A stretch of DNA of 53,704 nt from Gonapodya sp. JEL0774 (lineage: Eukaryota). The stretch's first letter is position 1, and every line of letters starts with the position of its first letter. Positions 37,234 through 47,708 of the stretch are shown here, in pieces. The notes under the pieces are model-generated. The model was not told the origin of the DNA, did not search any database, and saw nothing but the letters and a program-made list of their open reading frames with translations. The stretch lies in NCBI GenBank assembly GCA_027604505.1, contig JADIIX010000069.1, forward strand, positions 62,001 through 115,704, in the 5' to 3' direction. A program made the translations under genes and the position numbers.

Positions 37234-38239
37234 TTATACACTTGCTTCCTCACCGCTCTCAACAGTCAACCCAGCATGTGTGAGCCCGGCGGCCGCTGCA
37301 TCGTCCAGGAACCAAACAAAGTCACCGTGAGTCGGTCGGACGAGGGAAAGGGGTGCGGAGAAGCTAGGGGCTGAGGTGAGCGCCTGTAAACCAGGGCATC
37401 AAAACGACAACGTGTGAAATCTCATCTCAAGTCGCTACGAAGGATGCAAGATCATCGGATGCTCACCTTCTCGATGACTACCTGCTTACTTCCACCTGCA
37501 CCAACAACTGCTACAGCAGCAGCGGCTTTTATAACTGGAACCGTCAGTGTGATCCTCCCCGGCGGCGGCTTTGGGGAATCTTTGATATACGCAGTCCAGG
37601 CTTTCCCTTCCCTGAGCAACTCGTGATTTGGAAACAACGAGGCCGTGTGGCCATCAGGGCCAATGCCAAGAATGATGAGATCTATGGAGGGAAAGCCAGC
37701 AGATGGGAGGCGGGAGGAGAAAAGCGGGGCGAGGTGAGCCGATGTGTATGCGGCAGCGGCAGCTGCAGGGTCACCGATGAGCTGACGGGGACCGAAAATG
37801 AGTTTGAAAATGTGCAGTGATGCGAATAGAAGAGAAAATGGTGAGGACGAATCATCGATTGATGTTAGAAACGACATCATCCGTTTACGTAAATAGCTGC
37901 AATAAACGGTGAGCTCACCGTTTCATCAATTGCATGCACCCTCGTCACCCCCACACTCTTCAATGTCTCCCTCCACATCCCATATGTACTCTCCGGATCT
38001 GAATGAGGCACACAACGTTCATCGGCGAACAACACGTCCCACTTCCCGAACTCGATCCCGTGTGCGGAAGGGCTCTTGAAGCCGGCACTCAGGAGAGAAA
38101 TAAGCGAGCCGCCAGAGAGTGCGATTGAAAAGTTCCCTCGAGCAGCGATTGAGGATTCTGATTGGCGACGGATGTAAGCGACGAGGGGTCCTGTGATGGA
38201 CGCGGATGTTGCGCATGCAATCACGCGAGGTTGAGACAT
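37234..38239 (-). CDS. PGLS: 6-phosphogluconolactonase (SOL1-4/PGLS family)
   Basis: Motifs: FSIALSGGSL, FADERCVP..PESTYG, DLIILGIGPDGHTASLFP, DSPKPPPGRITLT. The last exon reads LVRPTHGDFVWFLDDAAA. Stop at 37234-37236. Confidence 0.95.
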
Positions 38240-39078
38240 TCGGGTATGATGGGATTGGGAAAAGAGACAGAAGACGGCGATGAAGAAGAAGAGAACGAAT
38301 GAATCGAATAGCCTGCTGGATCGAGGCGTTTTTCAATGCTCAGATTTGGTTGACAAAGCAGCTGGCCCCTCCCGTTGACTTTATGTATGTGTGTTGGCTC
38401 CTTCATATCACGTCAGCCAAAGTGCCCAATCACAACAGTCATGATTCATTTACTTGAAACTATGAAATACCCGCGGGGCCTTTAAGTGCGCAAAAGCACA
38501 GGGAAGACCGTCGATTTGAATGAAATCGTATGACTCCAATAGATGACTAACCCTACAACGCTTTGTGCGCAATAGATTATAGTTCACAAAATTGTCTCCA
38601 ACAAGAAACCAGTGGCTCTCTGAACTCTCAACATACACCTTTATGTTGTGTCACGTCGCCCTAACAGGCAGGAGACGTGCCAGAGCACCTTATAAAGGTA
38701 GCTCTCACAGTATTTCTCAGTGAAAACAACAATCTCTTCTCTATCTGGAAAGCGCGCTCACTCTCGCGTATTTTATTTGAACGGGTCGAAAATGTGAACG
38801 ATTTCTGTGCCACAAAACGAGCTCCGCCCCAGTGCGGTATCCGTTCAATTGTATGCAGGAGAAACGATTTGAATTAACATTCAAATCGACATGTGACTGC
38901 TGGTCAATTTTATTCGAATTGTCAAGAACATTGGGAGAACAATCGTTTCTCGAGGTGGCGGGTTATTGTCGGGCAGGAAGCCGTCTCAACATGAGTGCAT
39001 CATTGCAGTCTATACAACAGCACAACGAAGCAATCTTCGATATACAGCAGATGTCTCCGTTCTAACACCCAAAACCAT

Positions 39079-39910
39079 TCATGCCCTCAGGTTCTTCCAA
39101 GGGTCGTCCTCCTTTGTCAACAGTTTCCGATCGAATTTGTACTGAGGAATAGCGGAGAAAGAAACGGGAGAAGGAAGGCTCACTAAGTAGGGTGTTTGGT
39201 AGGAGATTTTGCACCAGATTCGCCTGCGCCGATGATGGACTCCTCTTCACATCCCTATGCATCTGAAAACCGGCTCGCAGAGCTGTGCACAACGCACCCC
39301 CCGTGCTTTAAGACTTCGATAGAATCCAGTCGGGTCACGAATCCAAAGTGAAAATGAGTCCGCAAAACACCCGACCGAAATCGAAGAACTCTTGGTGGAC
39401 CTGAGTTCCCATTCCACAATACCATATCTGAGATTCCAGAAGTCCAACACTTCTTCCTTTGCAGAACTGGAGTTCCAGGTTCTCCCTTAGCAAAGGTTGA
39501 GTCTATTCTGCAGTGGTGGTGTGAGCTCCGGCAGGCACATTTGGTCCATTCCGCACGCGCCGGACGCCCCATGTACTGTCACCTCACACAGGGTCACTTC
39601 TGAGTATAGCTTCCAGTTCCAGTACCGGAGCTTGTCCGTATCCAGGGCAGCGACAAAGTCCCAATCCCAAAGACTACCCAACAAGGTGCCATTCCTTCTC
39701 CGCAGATCTACGGATCCCAATCCCATCCAATCTCACCTTAAACTCGCTAGCCCCCCAGTAGAAAAATGCCGGCACGAGGACAATCCCCACAAGCCCGTAC
39801 CACATTGTCCGTGGGGAAAACCGAAAGTGAGGAGCAGTGTTCTCTCGCATGTACGCCCACTTCTCAATCGCGGGATCTTTTCGCACCCAGTTTTGGAATT
39901 CCCGGGCCAT
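39079..39910 (-). CDS. NDUFB4: NADH dehydrogenase (complex I) accessory subunit B15/NDUFB4-like, 78 aa
   Basis: Exon 1 (39737-39910) MAREFQNWVRKDPAIEKWAYMRENTAPHFRFSPRTMWYGLVGIVLVPAFFYWGASEFK contains DPA..W..MRE..FR.SPR and one TM helix. Exon 2 (39079-39141) YKFDRKLLTKEDDPWKNLRA* follows a strong polypyrimidine-CAG acceptor. Confidence 0.8.
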
Positions 39911-40461
39911 GGATTGAGAGGATGACGGGGATAGGTCGAATGACTGTTCGAATAGAAGAGATATGAAGTGAAAGTTGATGATGATGGGTATGAACGGATC
40001 ACGGATTAAGAGAGAGATAGAGAAGGGATAAGTCAGAATAAGTACAATCCAAAGTACGAATGAAGGTGATGAATGCTGCCAAAGTTCCAAGCCGCCGGAG
40101 TCCGTTTCGATTCCAAAGTTCAAGAGGAGACCGGCACAAGTCCAATCGCGTCAAAACCCAGTCGCACTGTGCTCGAAATTGTGAAAGCAAGCGATGGTGA
40201 TACACTCACCAGTTGGATGCCGACGGAAAGATGAAAACTCGGCAGTCACCACTCAGTGGGGGGCGATCTTCATTTTTGTGACACCAGCACGCTCTCAAAT
40301 AATAATAATGTTGCTAGCTCAGTCGCTGCAAAGAGAACATGTACTCGAAATCTAGGTATTCAACAAGTTAACTTAAATAGCACTGGTTATACGTAGAAAT
40401 ATGGTAGCGGACTGCCGGTGCGGCTATTCCGGAAAAAAGACCTCCCTCCGAACTGGGTCGT

Positions 40462-42760
40462 CTACCCTTGTCGCGCCCAGCTACCCGGAGGTGTCGCCGA
40501 CGAACCCCTCCTTGGTACACCTTGTTGAACCTGTTGCGGCTGCACCTCTGGCGATTCGCCTTTACCCCTCACAACAACGAAAGGCGACTGTCCTGCTACC
40601 CCCACCCCTCCACCTGCACCAATCAACCCTGTCCCTACGAGTTGGTGCTGGGCCTGCAATTGACCCGACCACCCATCCTGCCCTCCAAGTGACATTGACT
40701 GAGGAGGGCCTCGCACGTACGCGAGTGATCCCGGCGGCGATTCGAATCCGAATGCCGCGGGAGGCAATTGTGGAAGATGAGGCGATGGCGTGGAAGGTCC
40801 CATGGCGGGCGATCCTGTGTGCATTGTCGTGATGCGCCCGCTGGTTGATGGCGTAAGGGCAAGGTTAGGAACCGCGGAGGATGTACGGACCGAGAAGGCC
40901 ATAGGACGGATTGTGGAAGCGGTGTGGGGGGAAGAGGGAATAGCGCTGGCAAGCACGGATGGAGTGGGAGGGTGCGAGGTCACACCTGGGGGGAGGGGGG
41001 GGAGGCAAAAGGTTTCAATGGTGGGTGAGCAAGAGCACCGCGTAAGTTTAATTTCAGAAACAAATACCGACATGCCATAGGAAAGAATCCGGTCTGTGAG
41101 GTGGACGAGTTCATGCCCTTGGTTGGAGTGGAATTTAGAACGGTTGTATATTAGGTGGTTGTCGATTTGGCAACAATCAGGGCCACGAGCATCACTCGCG
41201 TATGCCTCACCTTGCCCCAGCCATCATTGCATTCAAACGAGCAAAACACCTCATCACCCACTTCCAGCCCCACTTCATCGGCCTCCTGCGCTTCGAAGTT
41301 GTGTATCACATACAACACTTTCTTCACGGGCACCGGTCTTAGCGCTGGCGATGTGGCCACCGCCGTGGCTGATGCGAGAGATCGTTCGAGAGAGGAAATT
41401 TGAGCGTCCCGTGAAGCAAGTAATGCACGTGCAGCTTCCAGTTCCCGGGCCAAGGCGTCTCGTTCTCTTTCAAGTTGGGCAGCAGAGTCTGCGCGTGCGC
41501 GAGAGTCGGCAAGGTCAGATCTAAGTTCTTCGTTACGCTGACGAAGCAGGCGGCACTCCGCTGAGAGTTCGCCTGTGGTGCGTTCCAACTCGGCGATGCG
41601 CGAAGATGAGGTAGCCAAAGATCGTTGGAGGGACTCCCGGGACTCGCGCTCACGGTCAAGCGTGCTATGAAGGTGAGGGTCTGGCGCTGATGATGCTGAG
41701 CCGGTCGTGGTGATACTGGATGCAGAGATATTGGTCGGAGGAAGTACAGGTTGAGGTTGTGTTGACCTGTACCGGACTGTGAGCAGATCCAGCAAATCCG
41801 TGCGTGGGGCCACGCTCTCCCCAAACCTGTCCCGCCCTTCTTTGAGCTGTTTCGCGATGTTGAGACACAAATCTGTGACTTCAGCACCGTAATCTGCCAA
41901 CATTCGCACGATTCGCAGGCTGGGTACCAGACGAACCTCCTTGAGCACTATGCGATAGGTGGCTTTCCAACCCCTGGGGGGTGTAGGTTCGCCTGGCGTC
42001 CACGGCACCACAGGGTCAACATAGCGCACCAGTGGGCCACCCTGATTGATGAAAATGTCGGATCCCGCGAGCAAGGCGAGATCGAGTGAGGACGAGTACG
42101 TTCCTGTAGTGCGCCGTCGGTTCCAGGTGGAGGTGGTCCAGCGACCCGCGGCAATAGCTGGAATAGTGAGAGTGATTGGCGGACGCGGATCCGCACCTGG
42201 TGGTGATTGGGAGAAGGCAGGGTACATCACGTACAACTCATGAGACAAAGAGCCCGAAAACGGAATCCATCCAGTCGTTTACGACACGGGGACTCTAAAT
42301 GGCCCAAGTGCAACGCGTTGGGCGATTATTATATGTAGCTCCGGCCCCCTCCACCACGAACACATTATTACCCAGTGAGGGTAAACCTCTCAAATATTAA
42401 TCTGCCTCAAGTGTCTCCACTCGAGCGAAGACTTTTGCACCCCCCATATCTCCTCAATTGCGTTGCGCGAAACGTTGACGGATTTCGGGAATCACCTGCT
42501 TCCAATAGCACCCTGACCCCTTCCTCCCATCCGCCTAGCACTGCCAGATCCAGAGCAGATTCGCCATCCCAGGCATCGGTTTTGTGTTCAGCTGGTCCGA
42601 CGAAACTTCTAGATTCGATATCCGCTCGTGCCCAGACAGTCGCACTCAAGTGCACTTTTTTGCGAGTCAAAGGAGAAGCCCCAGCCGCCAGAGCAGTGGA
42701 AAGAGCATCAAGATTCTTCGATTCCACCGCTGAGATGAGTCGCTCAGAAGCGGAGTCCAT
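40462..42760 (-). CDS. Ankyrin-like N-terminus + coiled coil + SH3 domain protein
   Basis: Split ankyrin-like motifs: LISAVESKNLDALSTALAAGASP and GESALDLAVLGGWEEGVRVLLEAG|ADP. A long heptad region follows. SH3: LYVIHNFEAQEADEVGLEVGDEV..NDGWGK|GMN..QTGFFPMA|CV. The tail is P/G-rich. Confidence 0.8.
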
Positions 42761-42934
42761 AATAATAGTGGAAAGGCGGATTTGCTGCTCGCACTACATA
42801 CAAAATACAAATGTTCACAAGCATGCGCTCAGCACGATTACTGCAATGATGATGGGACACGTTTGCAGGCCAACTCCTCCGCTTTCAGTGTTTGAAAAAC
42901 CTCTCAAATTTCGAATAAATTTAAAGGACAGGCC

Positions 42935-44313
42935 ATGCCCGTAGAGTCTGAACGCATCCCCGGCAATTCCGATTCCAAATCACTGCGTGACAACAACATC
43001 GTCGAGCGATCCTCGTGCAACATCGATGATGCACTCCTCATCCGAGTCCAAGCCACCTCGGGACTGGTGTTCTCTTCTTTTGCAGTTCTACATCTCTCTT
43101 CGTGGATTCTCCTGCACTCGGGCTCTTTTGACGTGAGATGCAATGTGGTTGTACATCGGTGAACCTGTCTGACCGCATCACGACCGGAGGAAGTCTGCCG
43201 ATGCTGCAGTTCGCGTCGTCACTACTATCAAAATCCCATCGTTGAACCCATCATCCTCGGGGGATCTCTTCTCGTTCACCTTGGAACGTCCCTCACTCGC
43301 ATCGCTCGACGGCAGGGCAAATCAGTCCCCCGGGATGAGGGGCGTGCAGCACGACCACCAAACGCTGCAAAGATCTCTCCAGTAGTTGAGGACAGAGCTT
43401 TCCACAAATATGCAGGATGGGTCCTTGCTACCGTTGTTCCGGTCCATGCGTTTGCAACGCGGGTCAACCCTCTCGTGGTTCTTGGGCCCGAGGAATCAGG
43501 AAAAGTGATTGGTGCACATTTCGCGAGCTTCGCGACTTTCTTTTACCCTGTAGCTTTTCATAGTGAGTGGCTTGGTCATTTCCGCTGCGTGATCGAGCAC
43601 GTAGAACTGACAATGACCAACGCACTGCGAAACGCACACCCTCCAAAAAAGTATATTATGCCTCTCTCGCTGCCAGCGGCTTATTCCACACTGTCGCAGG
43701 TATCGGTTATGCGCTCAAGAGCCTTCATGTTCGTGTACCTCGTGCTCTATCCCCCTCCGACGAACTTTCACTGCGCTTGCGCAGATGGACTTTGTTGGGG
43801 CTGGGACTGTCTACGGTCATGGCTCTGTCGGGATTTTATTACCCCGTTACTTTTACAGAAGAGCAGGTGCGGGTGTTTGGACTTCTTAATTTCACCACAA
43901 GGTAATAGTGACAGGAGGATATAGGCACGAGGAGACAGCACGAGCCGGAGAGTATCATGAAAGTCAAACGATAACAGACTCTGTAGACCTTGCGCATTCA
44001 TTACAAATCCAAACCTCTGCTCCATTATTTCTTGCGGATGACCAGACGCCGCCTCCAGTCAGAACTAGCAGAGTCAGCACGCCTGAGCCGTTGGTTGAAA
44101 AGCGCCAACGTCTTGTCATTTGTCTTGCAGTTACAGTTTGATATTCGTGCACATGGTACATTTGGGACGAATCCCGGAACCTTTCGTGGCAGCCCCGATC
44201 TGCACTTCGGTGCCGCCAGCCAACAGTGCAAAGTGGACACCGCTCACCAGCCCCGTATTGCGGTTCATCAGTCCCGTCGATTCCCTCAACCTTACGCCTC
44301 AGTGAGCACCTAG
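42935..44313 (+). CDS. MCP1: Mitochondrial outer-membrane MCP1-like (DUF1691) multi-pass protein; 3' end uncertain after 43866
   Basis: VQATSGLVFSSFAVLHLS, RHYYQNPIVEPIILGGSLLVHLG, HKYAGWVLATVVPVHAFATRVNPL and YYASLAASGLFHTVAG match the MCP1 TM pattern. The exon 1/2 junction and the last exon are ambiguous. Confidence 0.7.
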
Positions 44314-44580
44314 TGAATTGCGTTTTCCGAACACGGTAGTAGTGAGTGCCACCACTCTGTAGCCGTACATCCCTGTGATGATCGAGTTATGTAGTCGCAC
44401 ACATACTGATGGACCAAAAACTATAAGAGCTGCAGTCACTTACAAAATTAAATAATTCTCATGCTCCCTATTTGTTCTTCTAATTAGCCGACTGAGGCCA
44501 CGGGTGAATCAACTGGACACCTCTTATTATGCTGTCCGCTATACAAACTCTGTTCACCCTTCCTCCCCCCCCCCCTCCAC

Positions 44581-46299
44581 ATGTCTGCCCCGACTCCCGA
44601 TACCCCTAAGACTTTTCCTCTAGAGAAATCGTCCGATTCCTCGCCCCCAACGCCTCCGATGCCGGCAGCCGCGTCGACGCGATTTCGGCCTCCAAACGCT
44701 TCGATTGAGGAAGAATATTTAAGCTACGCATCACCGATATACCCGGGTCTTATGCTTGGTATGTCCCCGTGACACGTGTGCTCAAAGCTTTGTCAGATAT
44801 GGGGTCTGTGTCTTGGTCAAACAACATTGAATCGTGCCGTTGTCGTCCCTTCGACATACCGCTCCTCCACCTGCAGGCTCCGTTCGGGCAAACCACACGC
44901 CTTGGTTTATTCACAAGCATGGAATTACACACATTCTAACAGTCGCACGCGAGCCGACGACCGGACTGTCTGACGTCGAATTGAACGACCTCAACGAGTT
45001 TTTAAAGGCGAAAGGATGGCCAAAGGGCGTCGAGTACATGAAATTGCCCATCGAAGATACATCGACGTTCGAGCTTTTGCCATTTCTGGAAGAGTGAGTG
45101 TATGTAGTTGCGGTAATTTGCTCCTTTGTTCAGATGGACGAGATTCCTGGTGCAGCCGTCCGTGGTGAAAGATTCCAGGGCTTATGTCCATCCTAACGTC
45201 TGCTAGCCATGTTGGCAAAGAGTATGAGCGGAACCACGCGACCTTATCATGAAGTCTTGTGTCAGTGTGATTGCACTAGGTAGCTGAACAATGCCTTGAT
45301 ACTCGGTCGGTGACCGCAAGTGATTTCATGCGGAACAAGGTTCCCCTTTCTATGTATTTTCTGAAGTATTTCATCCGTACGTGACTCTGATTCAACTTCT
45401 GCTTGACCTCCTCACTCAGAACCTGCACCTTCATTGAAACCGCCCTCGCACCGCGCTACGAGCAGATGCTTTCCAACGAAGATAGTAGCTCTACACCCTC
45501 CCGATCGGCTACTGCGCCCAACGTAACATCCACCGCATCCAATCCACCACCCACTCCCACTCCTCCCATACTCCCGCCTGGGCCACTACCCGACGACCCT
45601 CCCGTCCCGCCACCAACACTTCCCACAGTTCTCGTCCATTGCCAACTCGGCGTATCCCGCTCTGCGTCGGTGGTCGCTGCACACCTCATCCGCATGTGGC
45701 ACCGTTGTGCGAACCCTCATGGTCGCCAGGGTGGCGCATCCTCGTCAAAGTCTTCTTCCGGGTCTCTCCTCCCCGCTTTACCCCCGCGACTCACCTCGAT
45801 GCTCCTATTACCCCCGACCCCGCATGACCACCAACCACCCCAGCTCACACTCCTGGCCATCAAGATCCTCAACCGTCGCAGGAACATTATATACCCAAAC
45901 GACGGTTTCCGTAACCAACTCGCGACGTGGGAGCGTATGGGCGGCACCTGGGGAGCTGGTCCGGGAGTGGTCTACGAGGCGGCCACGTGGATCGGCAGGA
46001 CCTCTCGAGGGTTGAACAAAGCGGTGGACGGGTGGATAGAGGCTGTGACGGGCGTGAAGAACCGTCCTGTGTTTAAATTGCCCAAAAAGGTGGTGCGATA
46101 CAGGGAGGAGCTCGCACAGGAGCGGTCCGAGGTGGAGGTGGAGACTGGCCATGCCGTCGAGGCGGAAGAGCAAGCAAGCGAGAACATTGTGATAGAATCA
46201 GTGAGACTGGAGTCGGAAGGAGGGGCTTCTGTAGCGGAGAAGAGGACAGGTAACGGTGATGATGCGAGTCATGGGCTGACCTCGGAGAACAAGAAATGA
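44581..46299 (+). CDS. Atypical dual-specificity protein phosphatase
   Basis: Motifs: SPIYPGLMLG|S, GITHILTV, LPIEDTS (general-acid D), VLVHCQLGVSRSASVVAAHLI (HCX5RS) and RRNIIYPNDGFRNQL. Confidence 0.92.
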
Positions 46300-46507
46300 G
46301 TATCTTTGTCCAATCTATTTATGAGCTTATTCTGTATTTGGAGACTGTACGTTTGATTTTCACTGATATCTATATTGGACTCTAGGGAATTTGATGTGTC
46401 ATCATGACACATGATACTACCAGTGAAAGTGAACGAACTACAAACACTTTCTGACCATCCCTTCTCTGAGCTTCACCGCATCCCCAGAAACCAGATCAAA
46501 TCTTCAC

Positions 46508-47548
46508 ATGCCATCTCACTCCCGCTCTCCTCCTCGCCGCGGCCGATCTGTGGCTCGTGTTTATACGATGAGTCCGGAAGCTGAGTCACCCCCATCCCTC
46601 CCCTCCCCCCCTCTCCCATGTTACCATCCACTGGGGAGAAAAAAATCTACAGGAGACGATACAAGGGATAAAAGTGTGCTCATGCTGTACAAGGGCCTCG
46701 TAAAAGGTGAGTTTTAGACATCCACGTGATGCGCTGTTGCCACACGACTCAATGACTTACACATAATTCAATTATCGCCGTAAAATGGTGACGATGTTTT
46801 TCTCTTATGGCCATGCACCACTGGATAGAATGGGCGTCGAGCGTCACCGTTAGTAATGACGTCAGATCAGGCCTCTCACAAGATGCCGGTGTGAACGAAG
46901 AAATCGCCAAGAAAGCCGCTGCGATCGAAAGAGGTTTGTGAAAAAGCGAAAACTGCTCATTGTGATGTATTTGCATAGGATGCTGAGGTCACTGTTGTGG
47001 GCATTCTTGAAACCTGCCGGCCCTAAGCCATCTACAATGATACTAATGGGGGAAAAGACGAGTCGACCGAACCCTCCCAAAACACTCTCTCTGACTACTG
47101 CGAGTCTATTCGCACGCACTACTTGAATTTGAAAGGTCGGAATCTCGATCTGAGGAAGAGGGTGTTGTGCGGAGAGATTGACGAGGAAGCGTTTGCAAAG
47201 ATGTCAGCAGAAGATATGAGGCCACCCGAGCTAAAAGAAGCGTGAGATTTTCGATTGTTGGAATGCTTTTTCGTGACGTCCAGGTCTCAACACCCCACCG
47301 CCTGTACAAAAAGAGATGACCAGACGCTACAACAAGCGCTCCTGTCCACCATACGCACTCCCAAGAACTCTACGGGTGACTTGTCTAACCCGATGGTTGA
47401 TCCATTGTCTGCCCACATATACAAGGTAGGGTATTGTAAACCTGTTTTGACTGAGTCATGAATTGCTCACATCAGCATCACATTTTAGAGGCCACCAGAA
47501 ATGCTTTGGAGCGGCGCAGACGAGGATGCAGTAGATAGAGTGTCCTGA
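46508..47548 (+). CDS. TFIIS-like protein with central domain II only, no zinc ribbon; 229 aa, 5 exons
   Basis: Exons 46508-46706, 46829-46933, 47028-47241, 47314-47425 and 47489-47548 join in frame. Translation includes DDTRDKSVLMLYKGL..AAAIERAIYND..DYCESIRTHYLNLKGRNLDLRKRVLCGEIDEEAFAKMSAEDMRPPELKE, the TFIIS_M pattern. Confidence 0.85.
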
Positions 47549-47708
47549 CTTTAGCTCCAGAGACTCAACTTTTCATTCGTAGCCATTTTGAGAATATAAT
47601 CGTTCACCTACATTGGCAATTGCCGGCACACAACTGCACCTACAATTCAATCACTAACTTGCTGCACATGCATCGCACTCCGCTCTACCGCGCTCTTGTA
47701 ATTTCAGT

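Noticed and set aside
34008..39910. PDXK, PGLS and NDUFB4 in tandem as a metabolic gene cluster
   Set aside because: They belong to unrelated housekeeping pathways; adjacency is expected in a compact genome.
46696..46712. CCTTTTAC on the minus strand resembling U5 snRNA loop 1
   Set aside because: Imperfect match, no extended stem or Sm site, and it is the reverse complement of a splice donor of the TFIIS-like gene.
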